Assembly (NCBI GenBank): GCA_963708135.1
Contig: OY970192.1
Coordinates: forward strand, 2,688,001-2,752,000
Origin: an uncultured Gemmatimonadales bacterium
GTDB lineage: Bacteria > Gemmatimonadota > Gemmatimonadetes > Longimicrobiales > RSA9
Reading direction: 5' to 3'
DNA: 64,000 bases
The number at the start of each line of letters is the position of its first letter. Within the stretch, counting starts at the first letter, position 1. The translations under genes and the position numbers were made by a program. A model generated the notes under the pieces. It had not been told where the DNA came from. It saw only the letters and a list, made by a program, of their open reading frames with translations, and did no database searches. Shown in pieces: positions 21,345 through 31,055 of this stretch.

Positions 21345-24300
21345 ATGTCGCTCCGGACGAGACTGCTCTCCAGGGGGCTGCGCGAGGCGGGGCTCGCGCT
21401 GGCGGCGCTGCTGTGCCTGACGGTTTCGGCGGGTGCGCAGCAGTTCGGGCGCAACAAGGTCCAGTACGACGACTTCGACTGGCTGGTCCTGCACACCACC
21501 CATTACAAGATCCACTTCTATCCCGAGGAACGGGAGCTGGTGCAGGATGCGGCGCGGATGGCGGAGCGCTGGAATGCGCGGCTCTCGAGGGAGTTCCAGC
21601 ACAACCTGAGCGAGGTCAAGCCGATCATCTTCTACGCCGACCACCCGGACTTCGAGCAGACGAACGCGGTGGGCGGGCTGATCGACGTGGGCACCGGGGG
21701 CGTGACGGAGCCGCTCATGACGCGGCTGATCATGCCGTTCTCGGGGATCTACAAGGAAGACGACCACGTGCTGGGGCACGAGATGGCGCACGTGTTCCAG
21801 TTCGACGTGGCGAGCGCGCGGGGCGGCGGCGGGCTGGCGGCGATGGAGCGGCTGCCGTTGTGGATGATCGAGGGGATGGCGGAGTACCTCTCGAAGGGGC
21901 GGGACGACCCGCTCACGGCGCTGTGGATGCGGGATGCGGCGCTGCGGGGGGATCTGCCGAGCCTGAAGGAGCTGAGCTCGCCGACGTACTCGGGGTACCT
22001 GGCGTACCGCTACGGCGAGGCGCTGTGGGCGTTCATCGGCGGGAAGTGGGGCGACCGTGCGGTGACGGACGTGTACCGCTTCGCGCTGCGGGAGGGCCCG
22101 GAGGGCGCGATCCGGCGGGTGCTCGGGGTAACGAGCGCGCAGCTCGGGCAGCAGTGGATCACGGCGGTGCGCGAGGAGTACCTGCCGCTGATCCAGGGGC
22201 GGACCCGCCCGGACGACGCGGGCAAGCGCGTGCTCGGAGAGGGCAAGGTGGGTGACAACAACCTGGGGCCGGTGCTCTCGCCCGACGGGCGCTACGTGGC
22301 GTTCTTCGGCGTGCGCAGCCTGTTCTCGATCGACCTGCTGCTCGCGGACGCGCACACGGGGAAGATCATCCGGCACCTGACCAGCCCGCTGAACGACCCT
22401 CACTTCGACGCCATCAGCTTCATCAACTCGGCCGGCTCGTGGTCGCCGGACGGGAAGCGGTTCGCGTTCATCGTGGATGCGGAGGGGAACGACCAGATCG
22501 CGATCGTGGACGTCGCCTCGGGCAACATCGAGCGCAACTACGAGATCAAGGGCGTGGGCGAGGTGAACAGCCCGGCGTGGTCGCCGGACGGCACGCGCAT
22601 CGCCTTCTCGGGCTCCGCGGGCGGGATCAGCGACCTGTACATGCTGGACATGGGCTCGGGGCAGGTCACGCAGCTGACGAACGACAAGTATGGCGACCTG
22701 GATCCCGACTGGTCGCCGGACGGCCGCACCCTCGCCTTCGCGACGGACCGCTCCGAGGGCACCGATTTCCGCACGCTGAAATACGAGCCGCTGCACATCG
22801 CGCTCTTCGACGTCTCGACGCACCAGGTCCGGCTCGTGCCGGGGTTCGCCGGCGCCACGCACATCAACCCGCAGTTCTCGCCGGATGGCAAGAGCATCTA
22901 CTACGTGGCCAATCCGGACGGTTTCCAGGACGTGTACCGCACGGACCTGGGCACGGGGCAGATCTACCAGGTGACGCGCCTGGCCACGGGGGTGAGCGGG
23001 AACACCGACCTCTCGCCGGCCATCACGGTGGCCAGCCAGAGCGGCGACCTGATGTTCACCGCGTTCCAGAACTCCGGCTTCGACGTGTACTCCCGGGCCG
23101 CCGCGGACGCGCAGGGGACGCCGGTGACGACGACCGGGCCGCAGGTGGCGGCCGGGGTGCTGCCGCCGGTGCAGGCGATGTCGACGAGCCTGGTCATGCA
23201 ATACCTTCGCGACGCCGAGACCGGGCTGCCGCCGGCGGACACCACGTTCGCGGTGAACACGTACCATCCCGGGCTCGCGCTCGAGTACATCGGGCAGCCG
23301 ACCCTCGGCGTCGGCACCAGCTCGTTCGGCACCATGATCGGCGGCGGCGCGTCGGCCTACTTCGGCGATCTGCTGGGCAACCGCACGCTGGGCGTCGCCG
23401 TGCAGGCGAACGGCCAGGTGCAGGACATCGGCGGACAGTTCTTCTACGAGAACTCGGCCAAGCGCTGGAACTGGGCGGGAGTGGCGGGCCATATTCCGTA
23501 CCTGACCGGCTACACGGACATCGTCCCGACAACGGGCAGCGTGAACGGCATCCCGGCGGACGGAATCATCCGGCAGCACCTGCTGCGGGTGTACGTGGAC
23601 CAGGCCGGGCTGCTCACGCAGTACCCGATCTCGCAGACCCGCCGCTGGGAGTTCTCCGGCCAGTTCACGCGTTACAGCTATGGGACGGAGCTGCGCCAGT
23701 TCTTCCTGCAGGGGAACTCGATCATCGGGGAGCAGCAGCTCAAGAACGACACCACCGCGTTCTGGGGCAACCTGCAGGGGCTCAGCCTGGTCCAGGCGTC
23801 GGCCGCGTTCGTGGGCGACTACTCCTACTTCGGCTTCACGTCCCCCGTGGCCGGCGGCCGCTACCGCTTCGAGGCCACGCCCACGACCGGCACCTACACC
23901 TTCACCACGCTCTACGGCGACTACCGCCACTACTTCTTCTTCCAGCCCTTCACCTTCGCGATCCGCGGCCTCGAGTTCGGCCGCTACTTCGAGAACACGA
24001 AGACCAAGCTGGCGGAGGAGAGCAACGGCGCGCTCCAGCCCCTGTTCCTCGGATATCCCACGCTCGTCCGCGGCTACGAGTACAGCAACTTCAGCGGCGC
24101 GGAGTGCACCGGCAGCTCGAGCAGCAGCAACTCCTGCCCGCAGTTCAACCGGCTGTTCGGCTCCAGGATCGCCGTGGCCAACCTCGAGCTGCGCGTGCCC
24201 CTCTTCGGCGTTCAGCAGTACGGGCTCATCAAGTTCCCGTTCCTGCCCACCGACCTCTCCGCCTTCGTCAACGGCGGCGTGGCATGGGGCCTCGACAACA

Positions 24301-24482
24301 CGGGTCCGGTCAAGTTCGAGTTCGCGCGCAACACCGAGGACCACGTGCCCGTGTTCAGCACCGGCGTGAGCGCCCGCTTCAACATTCTCGGCTACCTGAT
24401 CGGCGAGGTCTACTGGGCCTACCCGTTCCAGCGGCCGGTGAAGGGCGGGCACTTCGGGTTCCAGATCGCGCCCGGGTGGTAA
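21345..24482 (+). CDS. Omp85/BamA-family outer membrane protein with N-terminal HEXXH zincin-like domain and TolB-like PD40 propeller
   Basis: Signal peptide ending AQQFGRNKVQY; HEMAH...WMIEGMAEY; repeated P.WSPDG motifs; C-terminal barrel with VRGY and terminal W. Confidence 0.85.
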   Translation: MSLRTRLLSRGLREAGLALAALLCLTVSAGAQQFGRNKVQYDDFDWLVLHTTHYKIHFYPEERELVQDAARMAERWNARLSREFQHNLSEVKPIIFYADHPDFEQTNAVGGLIDVGTGGVTEPLMTRLIMPFSGIYKEDDHVLGHEMAHVFQFDVASARGGGGLAAMERLPLWMIEGMAEYLSKGRDDPLTALWMRDAALRGDLPSLKELSSPTYSGYLAYRYGEALWAFIGGKWGDRAVTDVYRFALREGPEGAIRRVLGVTSAQLGQQWITAVREEYLPLIQGRTRPDDAGKRVLGEGKVGDNNLGPVLSPDGRYVAFFGVRSLFSIDLLLADAHTGKIIRHLTSPLNDPHFDAISFINSAGSWSPDGKRFAFIVDAEGNDQIAIVDVASGNIERNYEIKGVGEVNSPAWSPDGTRIAFSGSAGGISDLYMLDMGSGQVTQLTNDKYGDLDPDWSPDGRTLAFATDRSEGTDFRTLKYEPLHIALFDVSTHQVRLVPGFAGATHINPQFSPDGKSIYYVANPDGFQDVYRTDLGTGQIYQVTRLATGVSGNTDLSPAITVASQSGDLMFTAFQNSGFDVYSRAAADAQGTPVTTTGPQVAAGVLPPVQAMSTSLVMQYLRDAETGLPPADTTFAVNTYHPGLALEYIGQPTLGVGTSSFGTMIGGGASAYFGDLLGNRTLGVAVQANGQVQDIGGQFFYENSAKRWNWAGVAGHIPYLTGYTDIVPTTGSVNGIPADGIIRQHLLRVYVDQAGLLTQYPISQTRRWEFSGQFTRYSYGTELRQFFLQGNSIIGEQQLKNDTTAFWGNLQGLSLVQASAAFVGDYSYFGFTSPVAGGRYRFEATPTTGTYTFTTLYGDYRHYFFFQPFTFAIRGLEFGRYFENTKTKLAEESNGALQPLFLGYPTLVRGYEYSNFSGAECTGSSSSSNSCPQFNRLFGSRIAVANLELRVPLFGVQQYGLIKFPFLPTDLSAFVNGGVAWGLDNTGPVKFEFARNTEDHVPVFSTGVSARFNILGYLIGEVYWAYPFQRPVKGGHFGFQIAPGW

Positions 24483-24537
24483 CTGCAACTGCCGGTGGGG
24501 ATGGGGGTGACGGGTGGGGGTGAGGCACTACGGGAGC

Positions 24538-24583
24538 ACGACGGGTGGGCGAGCGCGGATTCCGGCGCTCCCCCACCCGTCGT
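24538..24583. terminator. GC-rich hairpin between convergent genes
   Basis: ACGACGGGTGGG...CCCACCCGTCGT 12-bp stem with inner GAGCGC/GCGCTC; no clear U-tract. Confidence 0.4.
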
Positions 24584-24592
24584 CTTACCCGA

Positions 24593-25009
24593 TCACCACA
24601 CGTGAATGCCGGCGATTGCCGCGACGATTTCGGGATCCCGCGTGACCAAAGGGTATTCCAGGGCCACCGCCGTCGCCGCAATCAAGCGATCACACCGCTC
24701 AGATATCGCGAACAGCTCGTGGGAGCGAAGTACGATCTCGGTGGTCAGTGGCACGACTCTGTATCGAGACGGGGTTGTCTCGAGCCGCTCGACGAAGGCG
24801 CTGAAGGACTCGCCGAGGTCGACCTCGCCGCCCTGCACCGCCTCATCCAACTCCACAAGGCAGACGGTAGGGATGCAGACGACCGCCGCGCCGCGGTCAA
24901 CCCGGTCGAAGAACGCGTTCGCGTTCCGACCTAGTCGCTTGCTCGCGTTCGTGACCCACCAGATGAGCGCGTGCGTGTCGGTGCCTGCGGTCGCCGGAGA
25001 GCGACTCAC
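24593..25009 (-). CDS. VapC-like PIN domain toxin
   Basis: GTG overlapping the antitoxin stop; DTHALIWW, CLVE, DRLIAATA, LVTRD. Confidence 0.8.
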   Translation of the reverse strand: MSRSPATAGTDTHALIWWVTNASKRLGRNANAFFDRVDRGAAVVCIPTVCLVELDEAVQGGEVDLGESFSAFVERLETTPSRYRVVPLTTEIVLRSHELFAISERCDRLIAATAVALEYPLVTRDPEIVAAIAGIHVW

Positions 25010-25335
25010 TTGATCGAGGCGCGCTTTTCGGCAGCCAAGGAGGCCTGCTTCCGACGAACGTCGACGAGCACATCGTCGGGTGCCACACGCAAACTGCCGA
25101 GGCCACGGAGTGGACGGGGGTGAGGGCCAACTCGGGCGCGCAACGCCGCCAGGTCGGCCTCGAGGCCCGCGATCTCGCTCTTGCGAAGCAGAACAACGTG
25201 CTCCTCGTGCTCTCGGTGGGACAGCTCGATCCGCGCGGAGCGCCCCTCGAGGACATCGTCCACGAGATCGTAGAGGTGCGCGCGAGCCGTGGTCACTGGG
25301 AGGACCGCTGCGCGTTCTTGGTGCTTCCGCCTCAT
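25006..25335 (-). CDS. antitoxin, Phd/YefM-like
   Basis: 109 aa, LPVTTARAHLYDLVDDV N-terminus, GTGA overlap with the PIN gene. Confidence 0.65.
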   Translation of the reverse strand: MRRKHQERAAVLPVTTARAHLYDLVDDVLEGRSARIELSHREHEEHVVLLRKSEIAGLEADLAALRARVGPHPRPLRGLGSLRVAPDDVLVDVRRKQASLAAEKRASIK

Positions 25336-25434
25336 GGCTTCCTCCGTGAACCCGTACGCTCATGCGTACGTCCACCATAACCTGCCGTCGCGCGAGCATC
25401 AACTGCCCAACAGGCACATTGGCGCTATTGCCGA

Positions 25435-26061
25435 TCAGCGGGCGCGGCGATATGCCATGGTGTACTGGATTGGCCCGGGCAGGCGGGGGCTCGTGATGGT
25501 GACGTGCAGGTGCATGGTGGTGCCGTCGGGGTCGAGCGAGTAGCGGTTCACGCGTGTGCCGTCGCCGGCCTTGAAGCTCTCCCGCAGCGCGCCGTCCTCC
25601 CACTCCGACCGTACCTCCAGCACCTCGCCATCCTCGGGGCGCGTCCACTGGATCGGGGTGCCATCGGCCGGGGTCACAAGCGGCGCTCGCTGGTCGGTCT
25701 GCACGCTGACCGCCGTCGAGTCGGTGCGGATCACCACCCGCCGGTAGGGCACGTTGGTGGCGCGCAGCCGCTTGCGCGCGAACGGCTTGGTGATGAAGCT
25801 CATGTGATGCGTGCCGTCGTTGATGGCCTTCTCGACATCGTCGCTGGCGGCAGAGTCCCAGACGAAGGTGCCGGCGAGCGCGGGCGCCTGCGGCGAAGGC
25901 GCCCGCGCGTGGGTGGTATGGGGGGCGCCCCCATGCGGAGGCGATCCCGCCGCCGCTTCGGCCGGCCGCACCGCGGCAGCGGCCGCGCGGCCAACGGGCG
26001 CGGCCGCGAGCAGGGGCAGAGCGGCCAGGCCGAGCAGCGGCAGCCAGCGGGAGCGACTCAT
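25435..26061 (-). CDS. secreted hypothetical protein
   Basis: Signal peptide, low-complexity linker, beta-rich domain (LAGTFVWD...SDD). Confidence 0.7.
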   Translation of the reverse strand: MSRSRWLPLLGLAALPLLAAAPVGRAAAAAVRPAEAAAGSPPHGGAPHTTHARAPSPQAPALAGTFVWDSAASDDVEKAINDGTHHMSFITKPFARKRLRATNVPYRRVVIRTDSTAVSVQTDQRAPLVTPADGTPIQWTRPEDGEVLEVRSEWEDGALRESFKAGDGTRVNRYSLDPDGTTMHLHVTITSPRLPGPIQYTMAYRRAR

Positions 26062-26203
26062 CGGGGTCCTCAGTGGGCGGTGTGCGGGATGGGGGACACG
26101 GGTTCTACCCCGGGCGGCGCGGCGCGGTCACGGCGAGGCACCGACCTCAGGCGGAGCGGAGCTCGGCGAAGGGGTGGACGCGCCATTGGCGGAAGGACCC
26201 GAA

Positions 26204-26473
26204 CTAGCGGCGGAACTCCCGCAGATCGGAGCGGAGCTCGCCGACCTCGCTGCCCAGCGCCTCGACCGCGGAGCGGAGCGCGCGCAGGTCGGTGCCATGC
26301 CCGTCCAGCCGTTCCGAGTTCGACTCGAGCCGTGCCGTATTCGACTCGAGCCGTGCAGCATTCGCTTCCGCCAGGGCCCGCAGCGCGCGCAGCTCGGCGC
26401 CGTGATCGTTGTAGACGGCCAGGATATAGCCCTCGAGGCGCTCGAAGGCGGCGCGGATTTCGGTGTCCTCCAT
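26204..26473 (-). CDS. small coiled-coil hypothetical protein (89 aa)
   Basis: MEDTEIRAAFERLEGYIL... with heptad pattern and a 21-bp tandem repeat (ARLESN x2). Confidence 0.5.
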   Translation of the reverse strand: MEDTEIRAAFERLEGYILAVYNDHGAELRALRALAEANAARLESNTARLESNSERLDGHGTDLRALRSAVEALGSEVGELRSDLREFRR

Positions 26474-26653
26474 GGACCGAAATATACGTCCGGCGGCGCC
26501 GGTGCTCCATAGCGGAACGTGCCACCGCGCTGTCCGAACGCGCCCATCCGAAATTCCAGCCGCCGCGGGCGTGGCTCCGCCCGACACAAGATCGGCGCGT
26601 CATGCGCGCCGATCTCGAGCCGGGCCGTTCGCGAACAGAATCGGGGGCGCCGC

Positions 26654-27778
26654 TCAGCGGCTCCGGGCCTCCGGCTCCGAATGCTCCTCCAGCGTCTCCA
26701 CGGCGCGCTCCGCCGCGTGGCCGTCCCAGCCCTCGGGGGCGCGGCTGCCGGCCGGCACCCGTCCCGCGCACCGGGCCTCGCGGAAGGAGGCCAGGATGCC
26801 ATCGACGGTGAGCGGCCAGGGGGCGAGGCGGTTGGTGCCGACCTGGATCGTGACGGGGCGCTCCGTCGCCTCGCGCAACGTGACACATGGAACCCCGAGG
26901 GCCGTGGTCTCCTCCTGGATCCCACCGGAATCCGTGAGCACGACGGCCGCGCCATCCGTGAGCGAGAGCATCTCGAGGTAGCCGAGCGGCTCGGTCGCGC
27001 GGATCGGCGCCAGTGCCTGCCCCAGGCCGAACGCCTCGATCCTCCTGGCCGTGCGCGGGTGCAGCGGCAGGACCACCGGCAGCTCGGAGGCGACAGCGCC
27101 GAGACCAGCCAGCACGCGCGCGAGCGGCCCCGGCGCGTCCACGTTCGACGGGCAATGCAGCGTCACGACCACGTAACCCCCGGGATCGAGGCCCAGCGCG
27201 CCGGGCATATCGGTTCGTCGCGCCGCCTCCCGCCGCGCCAACAGCGTATCGATCATGACGTTGCCGATGAAGGCGACGCGCGCCTCCGGGATTCCCTCGC
27301 CGAGGAGATTGGGCAGCGCGTCCCGGCTAGGTGTGAGCAGCAAATCACTGAGCCGGTCCGTCAGGACCCGGTTCACCTCCTCTGGCATGCGCCAGTCCCC
27401 GCTCCTGAGCCCCGCCTCGACGTGCGCGATCCGGACGCCGATCTCCTCCCTCAGCTTCGAGGCAACCAGCGCACAGGCGAGGGTGGAGTTGACGTCGCCC
27501 ACGACGACGAGCCAGTCGGGCCGCACGTTAGTGAGGACCGGCTCGAACGCCTCCATGATGCGTGCCGTCTGAATGGCATGGGAACCGGAGCCCACGCCGA
27601 GGTGATAGTCGGGCGCGCGCAGGTCGAGGTCCCGGAAGAAGGTGTCTGACATGGTGGCGTCGTAGTGCTGCCCCGTGTGGACGAACACGCCCTCATGCCC
27701 GCGCGCGCATAACGCACGCAGCACTGGCGCGACCTTCATGAAATTGGGGCGGGCACCGGCGACGACAACTACGTGCAT
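26654..27778 (-). CDS. wecB: UDP-N-acetylglucosamine 2-epimerase (non-hydrolysing)
   Basis: GARPNFMK, HTGQHYD, GDVNST, HVEAGLRS, PEEVNR, TDSGGIQEE, TERP. Confidence 0.92.
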   Translation of the reverse strand: MHVVVVAGARPNFMKVAPVLRALCARGHEGVFVHTGQHYDATMSDTFFRDLDLRAPDYHLGVGSGSHAIQTARIMEAFEPVLTNVRPDWLVVVGDVNSTLACALVASKLREEIGVRIAHVEAGLRSGDWRMPEEVNRVLTDRLSDLLLTPSRDALPNLLGEGIPEARVAFIGNVMIDTLLARREAARRTDMPGALGLDPGGYVVVTLHCPSNVDAPGPLARVLAGLGAVASELPVVLPLHPRTARRIEAFGLGQALAPIRATEPLGYLEMLSLTDGAAVVLTDSGGIQEETTALGVPCVTLREATERPVTIQVGTNRLAPWPLTVDGILASFREARCAGRVPAGSRAPEGWDGHAAERAVETLEEHSEPEARSR

Positions 27779-27860
27779 TGGATGTCAGCCTCGATATCCT
27801 CGGGGTAGAAGCGGGCCAGTGCCTGGTGTGTCGTCGTTGAGGTCATGGGTCTGAAGTTAA

Positions 27861-28142
27861 GGCTCCTCGCTGTTCCGAGTGGGTGAGGATTAGACCCCTG
27901 TGCGGGGGCGGGTGCGGCTCCGCCCCCCTGTGCGTGTGCGGGCCACCTGGGCGCCTCCCGCGTTGCGGGCCCGTGCCCGGGGTTCACGCGGTTCCGTCTT
28001 ACGTCCCGTGCTTCCTACCACCGCCTCAGGCCGCAAGCGCAAGCGGATCCGGCAAGCGGGATGCGGGCACGAACCTTCGCACACGCACACGGGTTTCGAG
28101 CCGCCGCCGGCCGGCGGAACCCACGTGAGACAGCGAGGAGCC
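27861..28142. mobile_element. MITE, 282 bp, 13-bp TIRs and 8-bp TSD (ISL3-like ends)
   Basis: TIRs GGCTCCTCGCTGT (27861-27873) / ACAGCGAGGAGCC (28130-28142); flanking direct repeat GAAGTTAA at 27853-27860 and 28143-28150; internal IR TGTGCGTGTGCG/CGCACACGCACA. Confidence 0.85.
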
Positions 28143-28250
28143 GAAGTTAATCGATCGGGAGGGCGGGGCCAACCGGGCCTTTAGACGAGCCGCGACGGGT
28201 CAGCGAGCCGGGTTTTCGCGCCCACGCCCACCCCCACCCGCAGTCGCAGT

Positions 28251-29489
28251 TCATTGCGTGAGGGCGAGCCCGTGCTTCGCGTCGAGGGCGGCGGCGATCC
28301 GGTTGGCGATGATCTGCTGCGCGGCGCTGGACGGGTGCAGGCCGTCGTAGCTCACGAGGGAGCCGAAGAAGTTCGGCGCCGCGGGGCCGGGGCAGGTGCT
28401 CTCGACGGCGGCCTGGAACTGGTCGGGCGTGGTCGCGGCGGCGAGGCCCTGACAGTCGCGGAGCTGGGAGGGATCGGCGAGCGCCGGCTCGAGGAGCTCC
28501 GCGTTCGGATCGATGTAGATCCAGTCGTTGGCGTTGGCGGCGGACTCGATGGCGGCGTTGAAGTCCCGCACGCGCGTCTCGATCGTACCGACCTCGGCGA
28601 GCGAGAGCACGTGGGGCGCGTCGGGCGCGCAGCTGATCGCCGGGACGGATGCATCGGTCACTGCGGCGAACGACACGATGTTCTGCGCCAGCGGGTTCGG
28701 CCGGCCGAGCAGGTCGTAGGCGGAGCAGTCGAGGCTCACGGGCTTCGGCAGCAGGCCTGCCTGCAATGCGGCGAAGAAGAACGCGCCCGGCTGCAGGAAC
28801 GGGGCGAGCAGCGGGTCAATGACGCCGATCAGGACGGCATCCTGCGCGGGCGTGTTCCGGATGGCCGTCACCAGTTGGGCGAGACTCGCCTGGAAGCTGG
28901 AAAGCGACGTCGCGAGCGCGGGATCGCCGGCGTCGGCCGCGTCCAGCACGTCGTTGTTGCCGACCCAGACGGACACCAGCGTCGGCCGCGCCTCCGCCAT
29001 GGCCTCGGCCTGCGTGCGGCCGCCCAGGATCAGGGTGGTCAGCGCGTTGGCCCTGCTCTCCGGGCCTCCATTGTCCAGCAGGTCCGCGATGGCCGCGTCC
29101 GGCACGGCCAGATTCTGCACGAGGGCCGGTGGCGGCGTGGCGCGCAGCGAGCACTCGGGGGCGGACGAGCCGCCCACGCGATCAGGCCCCAGCGGCACGG
29201 CCAGCGGCGGCGGACAGCCCGGCATGGCCAGCGCCGGGACGCCGAACTGCGCGTGCGCCATGCGCGCCAGCAGCACGGGGTAGGCCCGCTCCTGCGTGCT
29301 GTCGTTGATGCCGCCGGACTGGAAGCCGGCGGTGATGGAGTTGCCGAGCGCGACATAGCGCTGGAACAGGCCGGCGGCCGCCGCCGACTGCGGCGCGATC
29401 ACGGCCTCGTCGCTGGCGCAGCCGGCCAGGAGGGTGGCCGCGAGGGCCGCCGCCACGCGCCGGAGCGCCCGGCCCGTCTGCCTGCTCAT
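28251..29489 (-). CDS. SGNH/GDSL hydrolase lipoprotein
   Basis: Lipobox LAGC, YVALGNSITAG, WVGNND, DGLHP. Confidence 0.85.
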   Translation of the reverse strand: MSRQTGRALRRVAAALAATLLAGCASDEAVIAPQSAAAAGLFQRYVALGNSITAGFQSGGINDSTQERAYPVLLARMAHAQFGVPALAMPGCPPPLAVPLGPDRVGGSSAPECSLRATPPPALVQNLAVPDAAIADLLDNGGPESRANALTTLILGGRTQAEAMAEARPTLVSVWVGNNDVLDAADAGDPALATSLSSFQASLAQLVTAIRNTPAQDAVLIGVIDPLLAPFLQPGAFFFAALQAGLLPKPVSLDCSAYDLLGRPNPLAQNIVSFAAVTDASVPAISCAPDAPHVLSLAEVGTIETRVRDFNAAIESAANANDWIYIDPNAELLEPALADPSQLRDCQGLAAATTPDQFQAAVESTCPGPAAPNFFGSLVSYDGLHPSSAAQQIIANRIAAALDAKHGLALTQ

Positions 29490-29566
29490 CTCGTCCCTCC
29501 CGTGTTCGCGTGCCCCCGTGCGCGGGCCGCCCTGTCGTCCGCGCGCCCCCGCCCGCGCCGGCCGAC

Positions 29567-30958
29567 TCACCGGGCACCGCCCGGATGCCAGGTCAGCGAG
29601 AGGCCGAACAGGTTGCCCGTCGAGGTGAACACGCCGCGGTCGGGCGGGACCGCGTCCACCAATGTGCGCACGCGCAGCCGTCCTCGCCGGTCGGCCTGGA
29701 GGAGCAGGAGGTAATAGGCATCCACGGTGAAGCCAGGGGCGACGTCGTAGCCGAACCCGACGGTGTACTCGTTGCGCGGACCCTCGGGCAGGAGCGGCGA
29801 GACGCCGCCCGGCCCCTCGGCCGCGTCGTTGTAGGAGAAGCCGGCGCGGAGCGCGAGCGCCGCCGTGGCCGCGTAGTCGGCGCCGACGCGCCAGGTGCCG
29901 GTGTTGCGCCAGTCGAAGACCAGGTCCTCGTCGGGCGCGGTCTGGAAGTCGAGCGCGACCTTCTCGAGCCGGGACCAGCCCGTCCAGGTGTAGTCGCCGG
30001 CGAGATGGAGCCCGTTCGCGGCCTCGAAGCCGAGGCCGGCCACGAGCACGGCGGGCAGGGCGATGCTGGTGGCGAGCGCCTGGTCCGCGAGCGGCCCCTT
30101 GAACTGGGAGGCGAGCAGCTCGTCCACGGGCGTGCCGGCCGGGAGCTGGAACGGGTTGTTGGGCGGGAGCGTCAGGTTGGTGGGCACCTGGCGGAAGACG
30201 GCGGTGCCGTTCTTCACCTTCACGGTGGTCGCGGTCTCGTAGCGGAGGCCGAGCGAGATACGGTCGGTCGGTCGGGCGAGGATGCCGAAGTTGCCGGCCA
30301 GGCTGGTGGCGTGGCCGGCCAGCGTCACGTCGCCGAAATCGGTCCCGGAGGGCACGCCGAGCTGCGCGAAGGTGACGGGCGCCCCGTTGATGACGGCGGC
30401 CACCTGGTCGGCCAGGTCGAGGCGCTGCTCGATGCTGACGGAGGTGAAGATCGCGTCCAGGCCCGCGCCGACGGCGAGGCGGCCGGGCACGACCTGCCAG
30501 GCGGCCGTCGGCTGCACGAAGATCGAGTGCAGGCTGTTGTCGTACCCCGCGAAGCGGCCCTCGAAGGAAAGCGGCCAGCTGAGCGAGAGGCCGAACGGCG
30601 CGTTCACGGCGAGCCCGAAGCCGAGCCGGCCGCGGGCGAGGCGCGCCATCGCGTACGCGTTCGGCACCAGCGCGGTCTGCGTGGGCCGCCGCGCCGTGAC
30701 GCCGGTCGAGTCGTAGATGAAGTGGTTCGAGGAGAGGATGGCGCTGCCGCCGACGCTCAGGGCACCCGGCATCACCGCCGTCCCGGCGGGGTTGTAGAAC
30801 ACCGTCGAGCCGTCTCCGCAGGGCAGCGCCACGCCGGCATCGACGCGGCCGCTGAGGCAGGCGCTCTGCGGGCCGATGGCGATCCCCTGCCCCGCCACGG
30901 GAGCGGCGGCCGCGAGGGCGCCGAGCGCGAGAGCTCCGATCCGCAGCCTTGAACTCAT
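29567..30958 (-). CDS. FadL/OmpP1 long-chain fatty acid outer membrane transporter
   Basis: Signal peptide, VFYNPAG, APFGL, WTGWS, WRNT. Confidence 0.85.
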   Translation of the reverse strand: MSSRLRIGALALGALAAAAPVAGQGIAIGPQSACLSGRVDAGVALPCGDGSTVFYNPAGTAVMPGALSVGGSAILSSNHFIYDSTGVTARRPTQTALVPNAYAMARLARGRLGFGLAVNAPFGLSLSWPLSFEGRFAGYDNSLHSIFVQPTAAWQVVPGRLAVGAGLDAIFTSVSIEQRLDLADQVAAVINGAPVTFAQLGVPSGTDFGDVTLAGHATSLAGNFGILARPTDRISLGLRYETATTVKVKNGTAVFRQVPTNLTLPPNNPFQLPAGTPVDELLASQFKGPLADQALATSIALPAVLVAGLGFEAANGLHLAGDYTWTGWSRLEKVALDFQTAPDEDLVFDWRNTGTWRVGADYAATAALALRAGFSYNDAAEGPGGVSPLLPEGPRNEYTVGFGYDVAPGFTVDAYYLLLLQADRRGRLRVRTLVDAVPPDRGVFTSTGNLFGLSLTWHPGGAR

Positions 30959-31055
30959 CTCGAATCCACCTGTCGCATGGGTCGTCCTGGGCGTCACGAC
31001 CGCAAGCGGCCGGCCAGCAACGCTGCCAGAGTAGAGCTTCGCGCGCGCGAGCGCA

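Noticed and set aside
21183..24488. Long antisense ORFs (e.g. 21183..24488 -, 52581..55868 +, 47368..50010 +, 30994..33450 -)
   Set aside because: Shadow ORFs opposite well-supported genes, as expected at high GC.
28010..28030. ops/JUMPstart-like GGCGGTGGTAG upstream of wecB (minus strand)
   Set aside because: Imperfect match, and it lies inside the MITE.
31010..31030. sigma-54 promoter upstream of fadL (TGGCAGCGTTGC)
   Set aside because: GG-GC spacing is 7 rather than 10.
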